Shown: positions 1-12,736 of the stretch, in pieces
How positions within the stretch are numbered: position 1 is the stretch's first letter
How the letters are laid out: each line of letters begins with the position of its first letter
Origin: Eledone cirrhosa
Lineage: Eukaryota
Direction of reading: 5' to 3'
Length of the DNA stretch: 64,000 nt
Assembly: GCA_964016885.1 (NCBI GenBank)
Contig: OZ024747.1
Span: 26,226,001-26,290,000 of the forward strand
Translations under genes and position numbers: made by a program
Notes under the pieces: generated by a model
Database searches by the model: none
What the model was told of the DNA's origin: nothing
The model's input: only the letters and a program-made list of their open reading frames with translations

Positions 1-90
1 AATACGAGTGTATGCGTATGTATGTGTGTGTGTATGTATGTATGTAAATGCATATATATATATATATATATAAATATATATATATACATT

Positions 91-133
<43 letters not shown>

Positions 134-152
134 ATGTGTGTATATATATATA

Positions 153-204
<52 letters not shown>

Positions 205-473
205 TAATGCATATATAGATATGGGCGTGTATACGTGTGTGTGTATAAGTGAATGTGTATGTGTATACATACATATCCTAAGTCGATTATATCGATTACA
301 CAAGTACTTCTATGTAAGGGACCTCAGGCCTGCGAGAGAGGAAATGATATTTCAACAGTACGGTAAGGATTTTCCACGCGGAATCGATATTGTAACAAAT
401 GCTGTTAGCAAAATTGATGTTTTTTGAATATGAAATTTCAAACTAATTGGTATGTAAGAATATATAAATATAC

Positions 474-475
<2 letters not shown>

Positions 476-552
<77 letters not shown>

Positions 553-589
553 TGTGTCTGTGTGTGTGTGTGTGTGTGTATGTGTGTGT

Positions 590-651
<62 letters not shown>

Positions 652-677
652 ATGGGTGTGTGTATGCACATACAAAC

Positions 678-706
<29 letters not shown>
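476..706. repeat. (TG)n-(GATA)n microsatellite, representative of dozens of (TA)n, (TG)n, (TC)n, (CATA)n tracts in 1-36300
   Basis: Directly visible. Confidence 0.97.
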
Positions 707-708
<2 letters not shown>

Positions 709-912
709 TTAATTTACTTCCTATTACCGACAAGTAAACCTGAATTGAAAATTTTAATTCTAAACAAAGTTTTTGTATACAAATTGTTTTTGTGAATCGC
801 GCTCTCTCTCTCTCTATATATATATATATATGAGGGCGGGGGTGTATGTGTGTGTGTGTGCGTATGTATTAATAGAACACTTTATATACATATACACACA
901 CACACACACACA

Positions 913-953
<41 letters not shown>

Positions 954-988
954 GTGTGTGTAATTTATCTATATGCAAATCTTTGAAA

Positions 989-2790
989 ATGCCACCTAAA
1001 ATAGAAAAATCGGACAAAAACATAGATGAGGAAACCCTCGATGAACTAAAAGAAATCTGTAAAAAAACTATATACCCTAACTGAAGAACTGGGCATGAAT
1101 TCACTGGAAAACATACGAAAGATGAAGAATACAAACATATAGCCAAATCTACAATAACATAGAAAAACTATGCAAAAGTATAGAAGCGATCGTTGGAATA
1201 TAACCAATGAAGGATAATGCGTCATTTACAGAACCTTCTGAAATTACTTCCAAGGCTACTTCACTTATAAAATGTCGAATAAGCTATATATGGTCTAAAA
1301 GCCTTAACCTAAGGAAATTCTTATTCTTCAAAGTGCAAAAGAATAATAACAATATAATCTAATCTAATCTGGCCGAGTTTACATTCGCAAATTAAAAGAA
1401 CCAGAGCCGCCCCTAGGAGCATTGGATCTGGTGTACTTCATATTTGTTTCGGTTGCTGAATACAATCAGGGATCACTGCTTCTCCTGAAGGTCAACAGTT
1501 CTCTTCTAACTTGAGCGGGAGTGCCTTTCTATTGATCATCTGCAAAGCCGCATTGTTCTCAGAATCACTACGCCAGTCTTTCGATGCGTACAGCTGGAAC
1601 TACTGCCACCCATTGATTTGGCAGGATGTTTTACTTTTTTTTTTTTTTTTTTTTAGATGGCCGTTGACTTCTGATGGCTTATGAGTTCTTCCGCCCTTTG
1701 TCAGGTTTTGATTTTTGTCCTGCAGAGTGTCCAAAATCACCCTCTTCACCAAGTAAAATTGGTAGGGTTGCCGATTTAGTCACTTACCGTGCGACAGGTT
1801 GCACTGGGTTACATGCTACCAATAGCACTCAAGAGTGCCCTGACATAGAACAAAACAAGGCAGAGATCAATAAACGCTGGATAAACTTAACTCCAGTGAT
1901 ATTACTGAGGAACGTACCTCTCGAACCGACCAATGAGGGATTAAGATCACATAATCTGCCTCTTGAATAAATACGAAATGAAATCGAACTAAGAGCAAAC
2001 CCAAATGAACAAAACTATGAAGATGTTGATAAACAAATGGAAATTGAAATCTGCACAAATTACGATGGAAATCTATTAGCTTGCTTTATAAACTATGGAA
2101 ACAAGAATGTGAGAACGGGAAACTGATTTCATTTCGAAAATTGGAGAAAAACTAAAACTGGTTCTTAAACTATGAAGAACTATTTATATAAGAATACAGC
2201 TCAGAAAATGCCGCTTTGAAGAAAACAAAAATCAACAACGAGGAAACCTATACTGACACTCTTCATGCAACACAACTCGAATATCCTACTTATGAAAGAT
2301 AATCCAATCATGGATTAAATGCAGACAGGAACTTTGACAAAAGAGAAATCAGAGACTCTCTATGACACCGAAAAGGGCTAACAAGAGAAAATACCAAACC
2401 TCAAAACTGATGATGTGAATTTATATAGAAACATGCCACACGATTACGGAATCGAAGCTATTAAACAATGGCTAGACTTACTTCCTTATAAGGTAGAACA
2501 TTCATCATAAATTGTCTTCAATTTTTTTTTTTTTTTTTGAGATTTCATGTTCGATGAAACAACTTCCCGACAACAATCAAGAACAGCTATGGAAATTAAA
2601 AATCTACGAACAATCCTCACAAATTTATAGGGATGGATTTAGTTGTTATATAAAATAAAACTGGAAAAGAATCCGAGACGACTGCTTTATTTTGTGAATA
2701 GAACATCTTGATGAACAGAACAATTTTCAAAATCTCATCAGCAGTATAATCCTTAACATCCTATCAACTGTGGACTTCATCAACGTAAAA
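989..2790 (+). pseudogene. Decayed Penelope-like reverse transcriptase, interrupted by an RTE-derived insert
   Basis: Remnants DDVNLYRNMPHDYGIEAIKQWLD (~2409-2478), FMFDETTSRQQSRTAMEIK (~2544-2600), RDDCFIL (~2676-2696) resemble PLE RT motifs A, B, C in order; many stops and frameshifts; 5' boundary uncertain. Confidence 0.65.
1404..1847 (-). mobile_element. Short, internally deleted RTE-like LINE derivative
   Basis: 1656-1847 is homologous to 21888-22079 and ends at the same cctgacata; GC-richer than flanks. Confidence 0.55.
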
Positions 2791-3600
2791 CACTCCTCAC
2801 AGTCGTATTTGTGTTAGGCTGAATCTTCATGCGAACCACATTAGAGGTATCTGAACCTTCTGGAATAATCAGCCACTTTTTACGGAGTAAATGACACAAA
2901 CTCGCGCCGATATATTGATTTTTAGTCTGTTTAATTGTAACACCTGAGTGGTTAAGCAGATCCGGGATACGGACCTGCTCCTGGACTGTCTAACACGATA
3001 AGCAGAGAGATGTTTGAGACAACACAGCACGGCTCTTCCAATGCGATGAGTTTTTTCGGTAATAAATATACATATCGAAGCATTAACATAAATATAATAG
3101 GATTATTGTATTCTAAGTATATGTATATCATGTATATTTCCATGTGAGTATATTATGTAAATAGGCGGCCACTTAGCATATTCATTAAAACTCGGATGAA
3201 ATGCTTTGTGATATTCATTCCAGTTCTTTGCACTCATTTCTTTGCATTTCATACTTTCGGAATCGAGTACTGGGGTCAAATTTTCCTCTAACTCTCTTTC
3301 CCACTATTTCTCTAGAAGTAATCTGCAGTGTTCTGCTTGGAGAGGGATTGGCACGACCAAGTTTACACTAGGAGATCAGGATCCACAGCACATGGCATAG
3401 CACATTATTTACACATTATGTAAACTGGTTTTTCAGTGACCTCAGGCCTATTCTTATTGTTCTCTCAACACTTCGTACATTTTCGCTGTCTCAACTTACA
3501 TATGAAGATTTATACTTAACAATTTTACACGCCTATTCGCTAAGCCAGAAGGTAGTGCTGCTATTGTGTTGATGGTGGTGGAGAGGTTGGCTTCGGTTAA

Positions 3601-3657
<57 letters not shown>

Positions 3658-3932
3658 GCTGCTGCTATTGCTGCTGCTGCTGCTGCTGCTGTTGCTGCTG
3701 CTTTTGCTGCTGTTGCTGCTGCTACTAGTGTTACTGCTGCTGCAGCAAAATAGTTTTGTTTCACGCTGCTGTAGTAGCTATTGTAGTTGTTGGTGTTGTA
3801 ATTGTTGTTGATGATAAAATGGAGGAGGATAATGAAAAGGATGAGGATAAGTAGTAGTAGTAGTAGTAGTAGTAGGAGGAGGAGGAGGAGGAGGAGGAGG
3901 AGGAGGAGGAGGAGGAGGAAGAGGAGGAGGAG
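3601..3932. repeat. Compound trinucleotide repeats (CTA)n(CTG)n...(GTA)n(GGA)n
   Basis: Directly visible. Confidence 0.95.
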
Positions 3933-4353
3933 GATAGTAATGGGTAAGGGTTGATAATAATGATGGTGGACGTGGTAGTAGTTTCGATGTTGTCGGTGGT
4001 AACATGTATATTTCTTTGTTTCTGTGTGTATGTAAGGAAGGGGAGTTAATTATTAATTTCCAGCGCTTTACTTCAAACTTTAATTGGTTTGTCTGCGGAC
4101 TCACCGTTGTTGAAGTACCAGTCACGTTCAGGGATTGAAGTAATCGACATCCTCTTTCTAAGAATTGTGACTAAAGTAGAAATCGTTAGATATTTTTTCA
4201 AGTTTGTCTTGGAAAGGAAGGTAAAGATAAAGAGGGAATTGCTGGTCTGTCCCCAGTAAATTTGTTGGATGGTAGGTTTAGGTTGCCAATGGAATTGGTA
4301 ATTATTCTAGTCGTATGATCAAAGAAACAGCTTACTCGTGAAATTTACGTGTA

Positions 4354-4545
4354 AGACCTGTTAACTATCCGCGTTCGACGGGGAGATTTGCAATAGCTTT
4401 TGGGGTTGGTGAGAGATGTCTTCTTTTGTGAAAATGGGAATAGCTTTCATTATGTAAAATCTCCCCATGTTTGCCACATTTCTCCCTGTTTTGGCACAGT
4501 CTTTTTCATGGTACTCCCCGTTTGGGATTTTAGAGGTTGGCACGC
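4354..4545. repeat. Old interspersed repeat (probable MITE)
   Basis: Aligns by eye with 17313-17500 (agacctgt.aact...tagcttt...atgtaaaatctc...ttttcatggtact...ttttagagg). Confidence 0.55.
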
Positions 4546-5098
4546 AGAGGAAAGACGAGGACAAGGAGACCGTTATAAATTATTTCCGGCCCATAACTCT
4601 ACTCAAGATTTTGGCCAACGTTTCTCCAGTCCATTCAACGAGCAGAAATGGGTTGTACTTGATAACTAAGTTAAGGATACACGTGTCTATGAAATGCTTA
4701 GCCACTTGAACGTTAATTTCACAAGCTGTACCTATAATTCAAAGCTTCAACCTTATTACATACTGTCTCACTGAATCTCTCTGAAACTACGTTAAAGGTG
4801 CACGTGGATATGAAGATGCTCGGTCACTTTCACGATAATTTCACAAGTAAGCTGTTCTGTTTCTCAACAACTGAAACATTCATCGAACTGACGGAGATCC
4901 AATGCAGATCGCTATTGATATCGATATTATAGCACTGTTATAATACTAAATATTAAGCTTTCAGATTGATGTTAAGCTTCATAGATAAAAACAAAGTTTT
5001 TGTTCCGCTAAGGTGTAAGTAACATTTGAAAGTGCGATATGCCAACCATTTTCACCAATAAACACATTAAGATATAAAATATTCTTTTGTCTTTGCAG

Positions 5099-5206
5099 GT
5101 TCTCTGTCAAGATTTATAAATGGCACTAAAACAAGGAGATTAATTTGGTCTGCAACCCGAATATAACCAACGAAGTTTCCATTCGTAGTTGAAAGTAATT
5201 TCCTGG
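5099..5206 (+). other. Possible 5' UTR exon of the cystine-knot gene
   Basis: Acceptor cttttgtctttgcag at 5098 and donor TGG|gtatgt at 5207 in unique sequence; contains a short uORF (MALKQGD*). Confidence 0.3.
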
Positions 5207-5384
5207 GTATGTGATATATGGCTATATTACTTATAATTTAAATTGATAGGTTCGAAAAGCAGTAATATAAAGAACGCAGTAAAGAGATGCTTTCTATGGA
5301 TGACGCTGTACTACAGAGATAATGAGATTCTGGAGTGTGTGAATAGTAGCTTCGTATGTTTTACGTTGTGTTGTGAAGGCAGGG

Positions 5385-5525
5385 AAAATGGCAGAATTGT
5401 TACAACGTCGGATAAAATGCTTTGAGATCTTCGTTACAGCATTTTGCGGTCCGAGTTCGAATTGCGCCGAGGTCATCTTTGTTTTTCGTCCTCTCGAGAT
5501 CGATAAATAATTTAACCAGTCCAGC
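5385..5525 (+). mobile_element. SINE family A, decayed
   Basis: tggcagaattgtt...gagttcgaattgcgccgaggtcatctttgtttttcgtcct...gataaa. Confidence 0.6.
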
Positions 5526-6116
5526 ATTTGCGTAAATTCCTCCTCCCCTTCCTTCTCTCTCTCTCACACACTCACTCACTCATTTTCATCCTTTTCTACC
5601 ACTATTACAATCCTCAAAAATACACCTAAAAATACACCCAGCCTCTGGCCCACAGTTGTACTCTCTCTCTCTCTCTCGCTCGCCCCTCTGCTTTGTTACC
5701 GCTACTCCCTGGAGCTAGCTGTCCTTGTGTCACCTCTACTCAGGCACTCACGCCTCACTCATATTGTGTCCACACACACACAGGCCGTCCACTAAACAGT
5801 CCTTACTCCTCAGAATGTCGTTCTTCTGGAATTTTCTTCTTGCATATGGCTTTCCTGTAGGAGTTGACCTGCAACAATTTAAACTGAACATCGGCTGTAA
5901 CAATGTCATCGGTCACGGAAGGTCTGCACAGGTCATGGGCACAGCCCCCTCCCCCAGAAATGGAAAATAAAACAAAATATTAAATGACCAATATGATTCT
6001 ACCACGATGAAACTGGTATATGTGTAGTTTCGTACTCCGTTTCTATTTGCCTACATTTATGTTTATTTTACTATATATTGTCTTAATTTCAGAACAAAAT
6101 CAACCAAAAAATCGGA

Positions 6117-6147
6117 ATGCAATTACCAATGGCTATACTTTTAACAG
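6117..6147 (+). CDS. Putative first coding exon of cystine-knot hormone gene (MQLPMAILLT-G, start of signal peptide)
   Basis: Acceptor tcttaatttcag ends 6092, ATG at 6117, donor CAG|gtaagt at 6148. Phase 1 joins in frame to 33732, giving MQLPMAILLTGSLYIYAVSVFVPESWA, a signal-peptide-like N-terminus. The link across 27.6 kb is inferred. Confidence 0.6.
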
Positions 6148-6504
6148 GTAAGTGTGACTGACGAAGATCGACAAGTAAATGTTTAGTTCCTGGGGATTCA
6201 ACTCCTAGACTTAGACTCTATTCCCACTTATATCTGCCTGACCTTCTTTACGTCACTAATGTTCTAACCATTTCGTGACCATATATTTCTAATAAAATAC
6301 ACTCTATTTAATTCAATTTATAAAGTATTCTGTGGGATTTACTAAAATCATTATTTCATGAATAAGACAGTATCTTAAGATATGGTTTTTTATATAAAAT
6401 TATGTTGGAAGATTTCCATTTAAATAGAAACCCTATAAATTTGGTGGTTTTCTTTTAAAATACCAGAACTGGTTTTGGCCTGTTGGTATCAAAAGGTTTT
6501 AAAC

Positions 6505-6795
6505 CAGTCATGGGCAACCTGCAGCCCACGAAGCTTTCTGAATGGTTCGCCTAAGTCACCTAAGTGAAATCTTTCTGATTTTTTTACCCCAACTTTTCAG
6601 TCGTAATTTATCTTTCTATCATTTTTACGATCGAGAAAAACAACGTGTACAAATTCTGAAGAAACAAATCAAAACAACCTGAGTTACCGCTCTTTTTTTT
6701 AATGTGGGCACGAATGTAAATTAGCACTTGCGGCCCACCTGATCATGAGCCATATCTCATGCGGCCCACTTCTCGAAAAAGGTTACCCATGCCAG
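6505..6795. mobile_element. hAT (Charlie-type) non-autonomous element
   Basis: TIRs cagtcatgggcaacct / aggttacccatgccag; 8-bp TSD ttttaaac / gtttaaac; subterminal gcggccc motifs. Confidence 0.8.
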
Positions 6796-7384
6796 GTTTA
6801 AACACTAGCATATCATAAACATGACCCACGTATTCAAATAAAAGTGCAGGGTGACGATTGTTCAAGACCTGAGAGTACTTGCACTTTAATTTCACGAGTG
6901 GAGTTCCGTTGTTCGAGCAACTACAATAATCGTCGTCAGAACTGACGGAACTCCAACAACATCAATAACAATAACTGCAATAAAAGCAGCTATCCACATC
7001 ATCCCTCAGCGTCAGCTTGTTTGATAGTCTGTGATATTTCCAAATCGGAAGGTGCTAAGAAAATACGAAAGCGGAGGTTTGTGGAAAGAGACTGTATTAG
7101 CAACAATACCAGAAGTGTATGTCAGGAGACATTTGAACAAAATATAAGACTAAGAGTAAAACCGGAAGTTAGTGTATGAGAACAATATTTATTCATAAAA
7201 AGGCAGCACAGAAAGATAATGTCAGTAGACATTTGTAAATATAATTTAATAGAATATATAAGTTAGAAGCAGAGTTAATGAATTTCTTGATAATAACGAC
7301 AGTTAATACGACGGAACCGGAAGTAGTAAATGTAGATGTATATATATAGATAATGATATAGGATTTACGAGCTTAAAATACACA

Positions 7385-7430
<46 letters not shown>

Positions 7431-7559
7431 CACACACACACACACACACACACACGCGCGCGCATGTACAGATGCATACACGTACACACATACATTACAC
7501 ACATTGTTTAGCGTATATGCGTGAATGTATATCACTATTTATTATGAATGAAATATATA

Positions 7560-7960
7560 TGGTTAGAGCGTTGGACACCATACTTCGTAAAATAGAGTTA
7601 CGGCCATTTACGTTCTGAGTTCAAATCTCACCGAGGTTAGCTTTGCCTTTCATCCTTACAGAGTCGATAAAATAAAGTACCAGTCGCACACTGGAGTCGA
7701 ACTAATCGACTTTCCTCTCCCTCAAAATTGCTGGCCTTGTACCTAAATCAGAAACCATTATGAATCAAATATCGACCCCGTAAGGATGAAAGGCAAAGCC
7801 AACCTCGGCGGGATTTGAACTCAGAACGTCCCTTTACGATCTGAGTTCAAATCCCGCCGAGGTTGACTTTGCCTTTCATCCTTACGGGGTCGATAAAATA
7901 AAGTACCAGTAATGCACTGGGTAATTGCTGGCCTTGTGCCTAAAGTAGAAACAATTATGA
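7560..7960 (+). mobile_element. SINE family A cluster (one copy, then a fold-back copy)
   Basis: B-box gagttcaaatc, central gcctttcatccttacggggtcgataaaataaagtaccag, tail ctggccttgtgcctaaagtagaaacaatta; 7770-7824 is inverted relative to 7840-7894. Confidence 0.85.
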
Positions 7961-9375
7961 ATCAAATATATATATATATGCGTATGAGTATGTGTGTGTA
8001 TGTTTGTGTGTGTGTGTGTGTGTGATTATGCGTGTATATATGTATATGTATGTGTATTGTTGTTGAGAACACGACAGTTTCAATTTCTTCATTAGAATAT
8101 TTTCATATTTTACAATAAGTCCACTTTCGTTTGGAATAATAAAGTTACTAGGTCCATAATGTTTTCTATATTTCTAGACACTTACGGTCTCATGTTCTTG
8201 AAAGTTGGTTCATATTTTTTTGCCTCTTTTATTGTAAATATATGTATTTTATGTAGTTGTCCGCATCCGCAGTTCTTGTTTCCCTATCGTGGACGCATCA
8301 TGACTGAACGATTAAGAAGTTCGCTTCGTAACCATTATATTCCGAGTTCTACCCACAACATGGCAGCTTGAGAAAATGTCATTTACCAAAGCCTGGAACT
8401 GACCCAATCCTTGTGAGTCAAATCAGGGAGACTTAAACTATTTAGAAGCCCGTCAGATGGACTGTTTTTGTGATTCAAAGAACCAGGTCAGATATCTAAA
8501 CTCCAAGACGGAAATCTTTACACATTGTTTACATCAGAAGGCCCATCTCTTTTCCAACTGGAAGCACCCATCGCAAGATGCCTTCTCACCAAACTTACTA
8601 GATTCTCCATGCTCCTATCCCTCTCTGATACCTATCCACGGCCCCCAAAAATTAAACACATCACATCCATGCTAGATAGTAATCTGTTGAAAAAGAGTTT
8701 AGTATTACAATATTACACTGCACCCTAAATACCACACATGCAATCAACAATTTTATGAAAAAAAGTTTACATATTCAGATTTTAGGTATTGGGAAATTAC
8801 TAGATAAAGCTTAAATATTATAGATATTTTAAATATTTACAATATAGCTGACAAGCCAGACTGCAAAGAAGCATCTACATCCACAAAGTTGCATTCCTTG
8901 ATTGGTAACAATCTCATTCAAAGGGATTAAGTTTTTTTAGATAATTAACCCATAACTCATACCGCATGCATTTTACACACAAATTAAATCTGCGAGATCA
9001 AAGACACCTGAATTACCTCCCTTGTTCATGGGGTCAACTTGCCTTTCATCTTTCCAAAATTGATAAAATATTGCTAATACCGGTGATGTATGTACTAGGT
9101 TCTATGTACCCAATTGTTACTTTCCGCACATTAGAAATCATTGGATGATATATCACACATAATATCACGTTCTATTTCATTACTATATGATCTTAAATAA
9201 TGCAATGTAACATTACATAACATAACATAATTGTATCTACATAACATAACATAATGTAACCCGATATGAGATAGCGTAACATAACGTTATATGTAACCTA
9301 AACTAATTTAATAGAGTGTAAAATAATTTAACTCACCATATAATAATTTGACATTTGATACAGTATAATTTAAAG

Positions 9376-9555
9376 TAATTGTTTCTACTTTTGGCACGAG
9401 GCCAGCAATTATCCAGTGCATTACTGGTACTTTATTTTATCGACCCCGTAAGGATGAAAGTTAACCTTGGCGGGATTTGAACTCAGAATGGCAAGGGCCG
9501 TAACTCTATGCGTCAAAGCATGGCGTCCGACCCTCTACCGATACTGCCAATCCAC
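9376..9555 (-). mobile_element. SINE family A
   Basis: Reverse complement of the family consensus. Confidence 0.88.
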
Positions 9556-9612
9556 ACTATAATTTAAAGTAATATTGGGAAAATATATGAGAAAAAAATA
9601 ATTATATATACA

Positions 9613-9724
9613 CAGGGTGCCCCCCCCCCCCCCAAAAAAAAATGTATACACACTTTCATTACCTGTACAGGCAATATTTATTAAAATACACAGCTTTTGT
9701 GTATACATTTTTGGGGGACACACT
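9613..9724. mobile_element. Tc1/mariner-type MITE
   Basis: TIRs cagggtg-ccc-aaaaatgtatacaca / tgtgtatacatttttgggggacac; related copy at 32703. Confidence 0.7.
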
Positions 9725-9751
9725 ATATATTATGTGTGTTTTGGGGGGACA

Positions 9752-9816
9752 CATTATATATTATTTCGCGAAGTCGGACGATTCTAACAGAAACATATGA
9801 TTTCGTTCATCAGATG
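9752..9816 (-). ncRNA. Type I hammerhead motif with extended stem II
   Basis: Minus: CAT-CTGATGA-a-CGAA...TTCG-c-GAA-ATA-ata-TAT-A-ATG. Confidence 0.6.
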
Positions 9817-10231
9817 AAATACCTCTGACCTAACTCCTAATTTATTAATTTATCTTTTATATGTTATTTATCATTATATTCTTTCTTCCTACTCTAACCA
9901 TCTGTGATTTAACCAATACATATGTATATATTTAATATTTATTTTCATATTAATAGTATTTATACCCCCATCACATCTTTATACTTACACACCACTATAA
10001 CTTTAACCACCACCACCACCACCACCATTTTCAACAATCATATTATGTTCATTTTTTCACGTATATATTTTTTTACTTATTTTTTATCATCTTCATTCTA
10101 ACTTCTTTATTATTATTTTTTTCTTTTTCTTTTTTTCTTTTTGCTTTTTTTTTTTCTTTTTCTTTCTTTATTATTGATGTTGTTATTTGAATTCTCCGTA
10201 GTATAAATACAAACACCGTGTGTAATTTTGT

Positions 10232-10344
10232 CAGTTATTCCGATGATTTGATTAGGCATACACTGTATTTAAGGTTGAGTGACACAACTTCGAGTGATTA
10301 GCCATCTTTAGACATCCTAATCAATGAAACAATTGTTAATACTG
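10232..10344 (+). ncRNA. Variant hammerhead (CCGAUGA core) with ~60-nt stem II insert
   Basis: cagttatt-CCGATGA-t-TTGATTAGG...CCTAATCAA-t-GAA-ACAATTGT-T-aatactg; all three stems present. Confidence 0.65.
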
Positions 10345-10524
10345 TAAATAAAACCCTTTTTGTACTGTTGACCATGTTATTCTTCACTCTTTCACTATAT
10401 ATATATATAAGGAAGGAAGTGTGGTAAGGAACCAGGTGGACCATGACGCACCAGCGTACTCAATACTTAGGGTAGTAGAGTAGGTAATAGGCTTGAGCTC
10501 TGCCGTCAGGGTCTTGAACATTTT

Positions 10525-10586
<62 letters not shown>

Positions 10587-11332
10587 TAACAATGCGTTAT
10601 ACTTGCCTAACCGATCCACAGCACCATGTATTAGTACTATGTGTGGTGAGTGCTAAGGTGGCTTACACTCTGATTATTTCTGATGGTATAAATAACCCCC
10701 ACCACATGTAGCAATTAATTCTTTGAACAACGAGTGTGTGTATAAATGTATATATGTATATGATCCGGCATTTAGTCTAAGAAAACAAAATATGTCAATT
10801 CCGGTTCTATATTTTTGTACCAAAAACCAATAAGTCCTACAAATGTTGTAGTGGAATATTGGTAGGTTTGGCATTCATTATGGTCAGTTCATTTATTTCT
10901 TGATCAAGTTACTTACGTCCAATAAATTTCCTTTTATAACATCACGTTTTATCACACACCTCAGTCACAGCGCTCTCATGAGAGTGTATACTTATCACTG
11001 TAAAAAAATCTAAGCATCGATGCGTAATGCAAAAGAATACATCCGATATATATATTACGCAGTTGAACATATCTGAAGAATGACGTGAAGAAATATATTT
11101 TTTTATACTCATAAAAAAGATCAAAGAAGTATTCCACATTTTCCCTCGTCTCTTACAATGGAGAGCTTCTTAAAAGCCTGTCATTTATTTGAATAAAATG
11201 TGAAAAGCAAATGTGCATTTATTCCGTGACAAAACATAAAAATTATTTACGGTTTGCCAACAATCTTACTGAAGTAAAATAAAGAAACTTTCTCTATATC
11301 CGTGTATGCGTATGTATGTGTGTATATATATA

Positions 11333-11409
<77 letters not shown>

Positions 11410-11507
11410 CTGTGTGTGTGTGTCTGTGTGTGTGTGTGTAGAGAGAGATATGTAAGCACAGATGTGTTTTTTATTTATTTTTTTTTTTTTGTATACAAAA
11501 AAGATAA

Positions 11508-11645
11508 GGTGGCGAAATGGCAGGGTGGCTAGAGCGTCGGATAGAATATTGTTCCCCCGTATTCGTTCCGCCTCCCTGCGTTCACATACCGCCAAGGTCA
11601 ACTTAGACTTTTAACATTTTGTGGCCGATAAATAAAGTATCGGTT
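11508..11645 (+). mobile_element. SINE family A, decayed
   Basis: ggtggcgaaatggcagggtggctagagcgtcgga...ccgccaaggtcaactt...gataaataaagta. Confidence 0.55.
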
Positions 11646-11951
11646 AATACTTCCTCTATCTTAATTGTTCTCTCTTTTTCTTTCTTTTCCGCTCACTCAC
11701 TCGTTCTGTCCCGCTTTCTTTCTCACTCGTTCTCTCCCTCTCTACCGTTCCCTCTCTCTCTCTCTCTCTCTCTCACGCAATGGTTCCCTTTCTCTCTCTC
11801 TCACACACACTCGTTCTCTCCCTCTCTATCGCTCTCTCTCTCTCTCTCTGCCTCTCTCACTCGTTCCCTCCCTCTCTACCGCTCTCTCTCTCTCTCTCTC
11901 CCTCTCTCTCACACACTCGTTCCTTCTCTACTGCTCTCTCTCTCTCTACCT

Positions 11952-11996
<45 letters not shown>

Positions 11997-12074
11997 TCGT
12001 TCTCTCCTTGCTACCGCTCTCTCTCTCTCTCTCTCTCTTTCTTGCCCACACACTCGTTCTCTTCCTCGCACCCA

Positions 12075-12192
12075 TCCGCAATTTCTTATGCTGGAAAAAT
12101 GAAGCTGCGTTAAGACTTAGAGAGGGATCAGATCTATCAGGTTTTAAACATCCAGGACATACTATATGTCATAACGGCGCCCCTACGACTCC
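12075..12192. repeat. Old interspersed repeat, inverted relative to 15960-16065
   Basis: Reverse complement gtcgtagggcgccgt...tttaaaacctg...ctctctaagtcttaacgcag resembles gttgtagggatgccgt...tttaaacctg...cactccaagtctaaacacag. Confidence 0.45.
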
Positions 12193-12497
12193 ACCAAGAG
12201 TTAAGGTCCCATGGTTGCATTGATCAATAAGGAAAAGGGAAGTAAAATGTTCACTTCTACTGCCTTTCAATATTTTTAATTACCGTCTTTTTCATTAGAG
12301 CTGAGTATTTTATGGCAATCCTAATTATTCCCCCCTTGTTGTATAGGTAGCATTACTACTAATCTTCGCTAAGTTGCTGGGTTTTCATTGATTTTTGTTT
12401 GTATTCTATATTTTACTTTTCCTACAGTTTGCTTACGTTATCAACTTCCATCTAAATAATATTGGGCATACGTAAGTGTGATTGTAAGTATATATGT

Positions 12498-12586
<89 letters not shown>

Positions 12587-12609
12587 TATATATATATATA
12601 TATATATAT

Positions 12610-12638
12610 ATATGACCCTCCCCAAATATAACAATATA
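12610..12638 (+). repeat. Terminal stub of the same Penelope pseudo-LTR in (TA)n
   Basis: atatgaccctccccaaatataacaata matches 31715-31741. Confidence 0.65.
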
Positions 12639-12683
12639 TATGTATGTGTGTATGTTTATATTTATTGTTATATATATATATAC

Positions 12684-12736
<53 letters not shown>

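Noticed and set aside
22-733. ORFs rich in YI, CV, HT, LS (here and throughout 1-36300)
   Set aside because: Translations of (TA)n, (TG)n, (CA)n, (TC)n microsatellites.
3566-4125. Poly-Leu and poly-Pro ORFs
   Set aside because: Trinucleotide microsatellites without supporting exon or domain evidence.
8064-8100. Minus-strand ctaatga...gaaac motif
   Set aside because: Core mutated and stem II absent.
8100-8960. Coding-like unique stretch with short ORFs
   Set aside because: No recognisable domain in any frame; possibly an old transposon relic.
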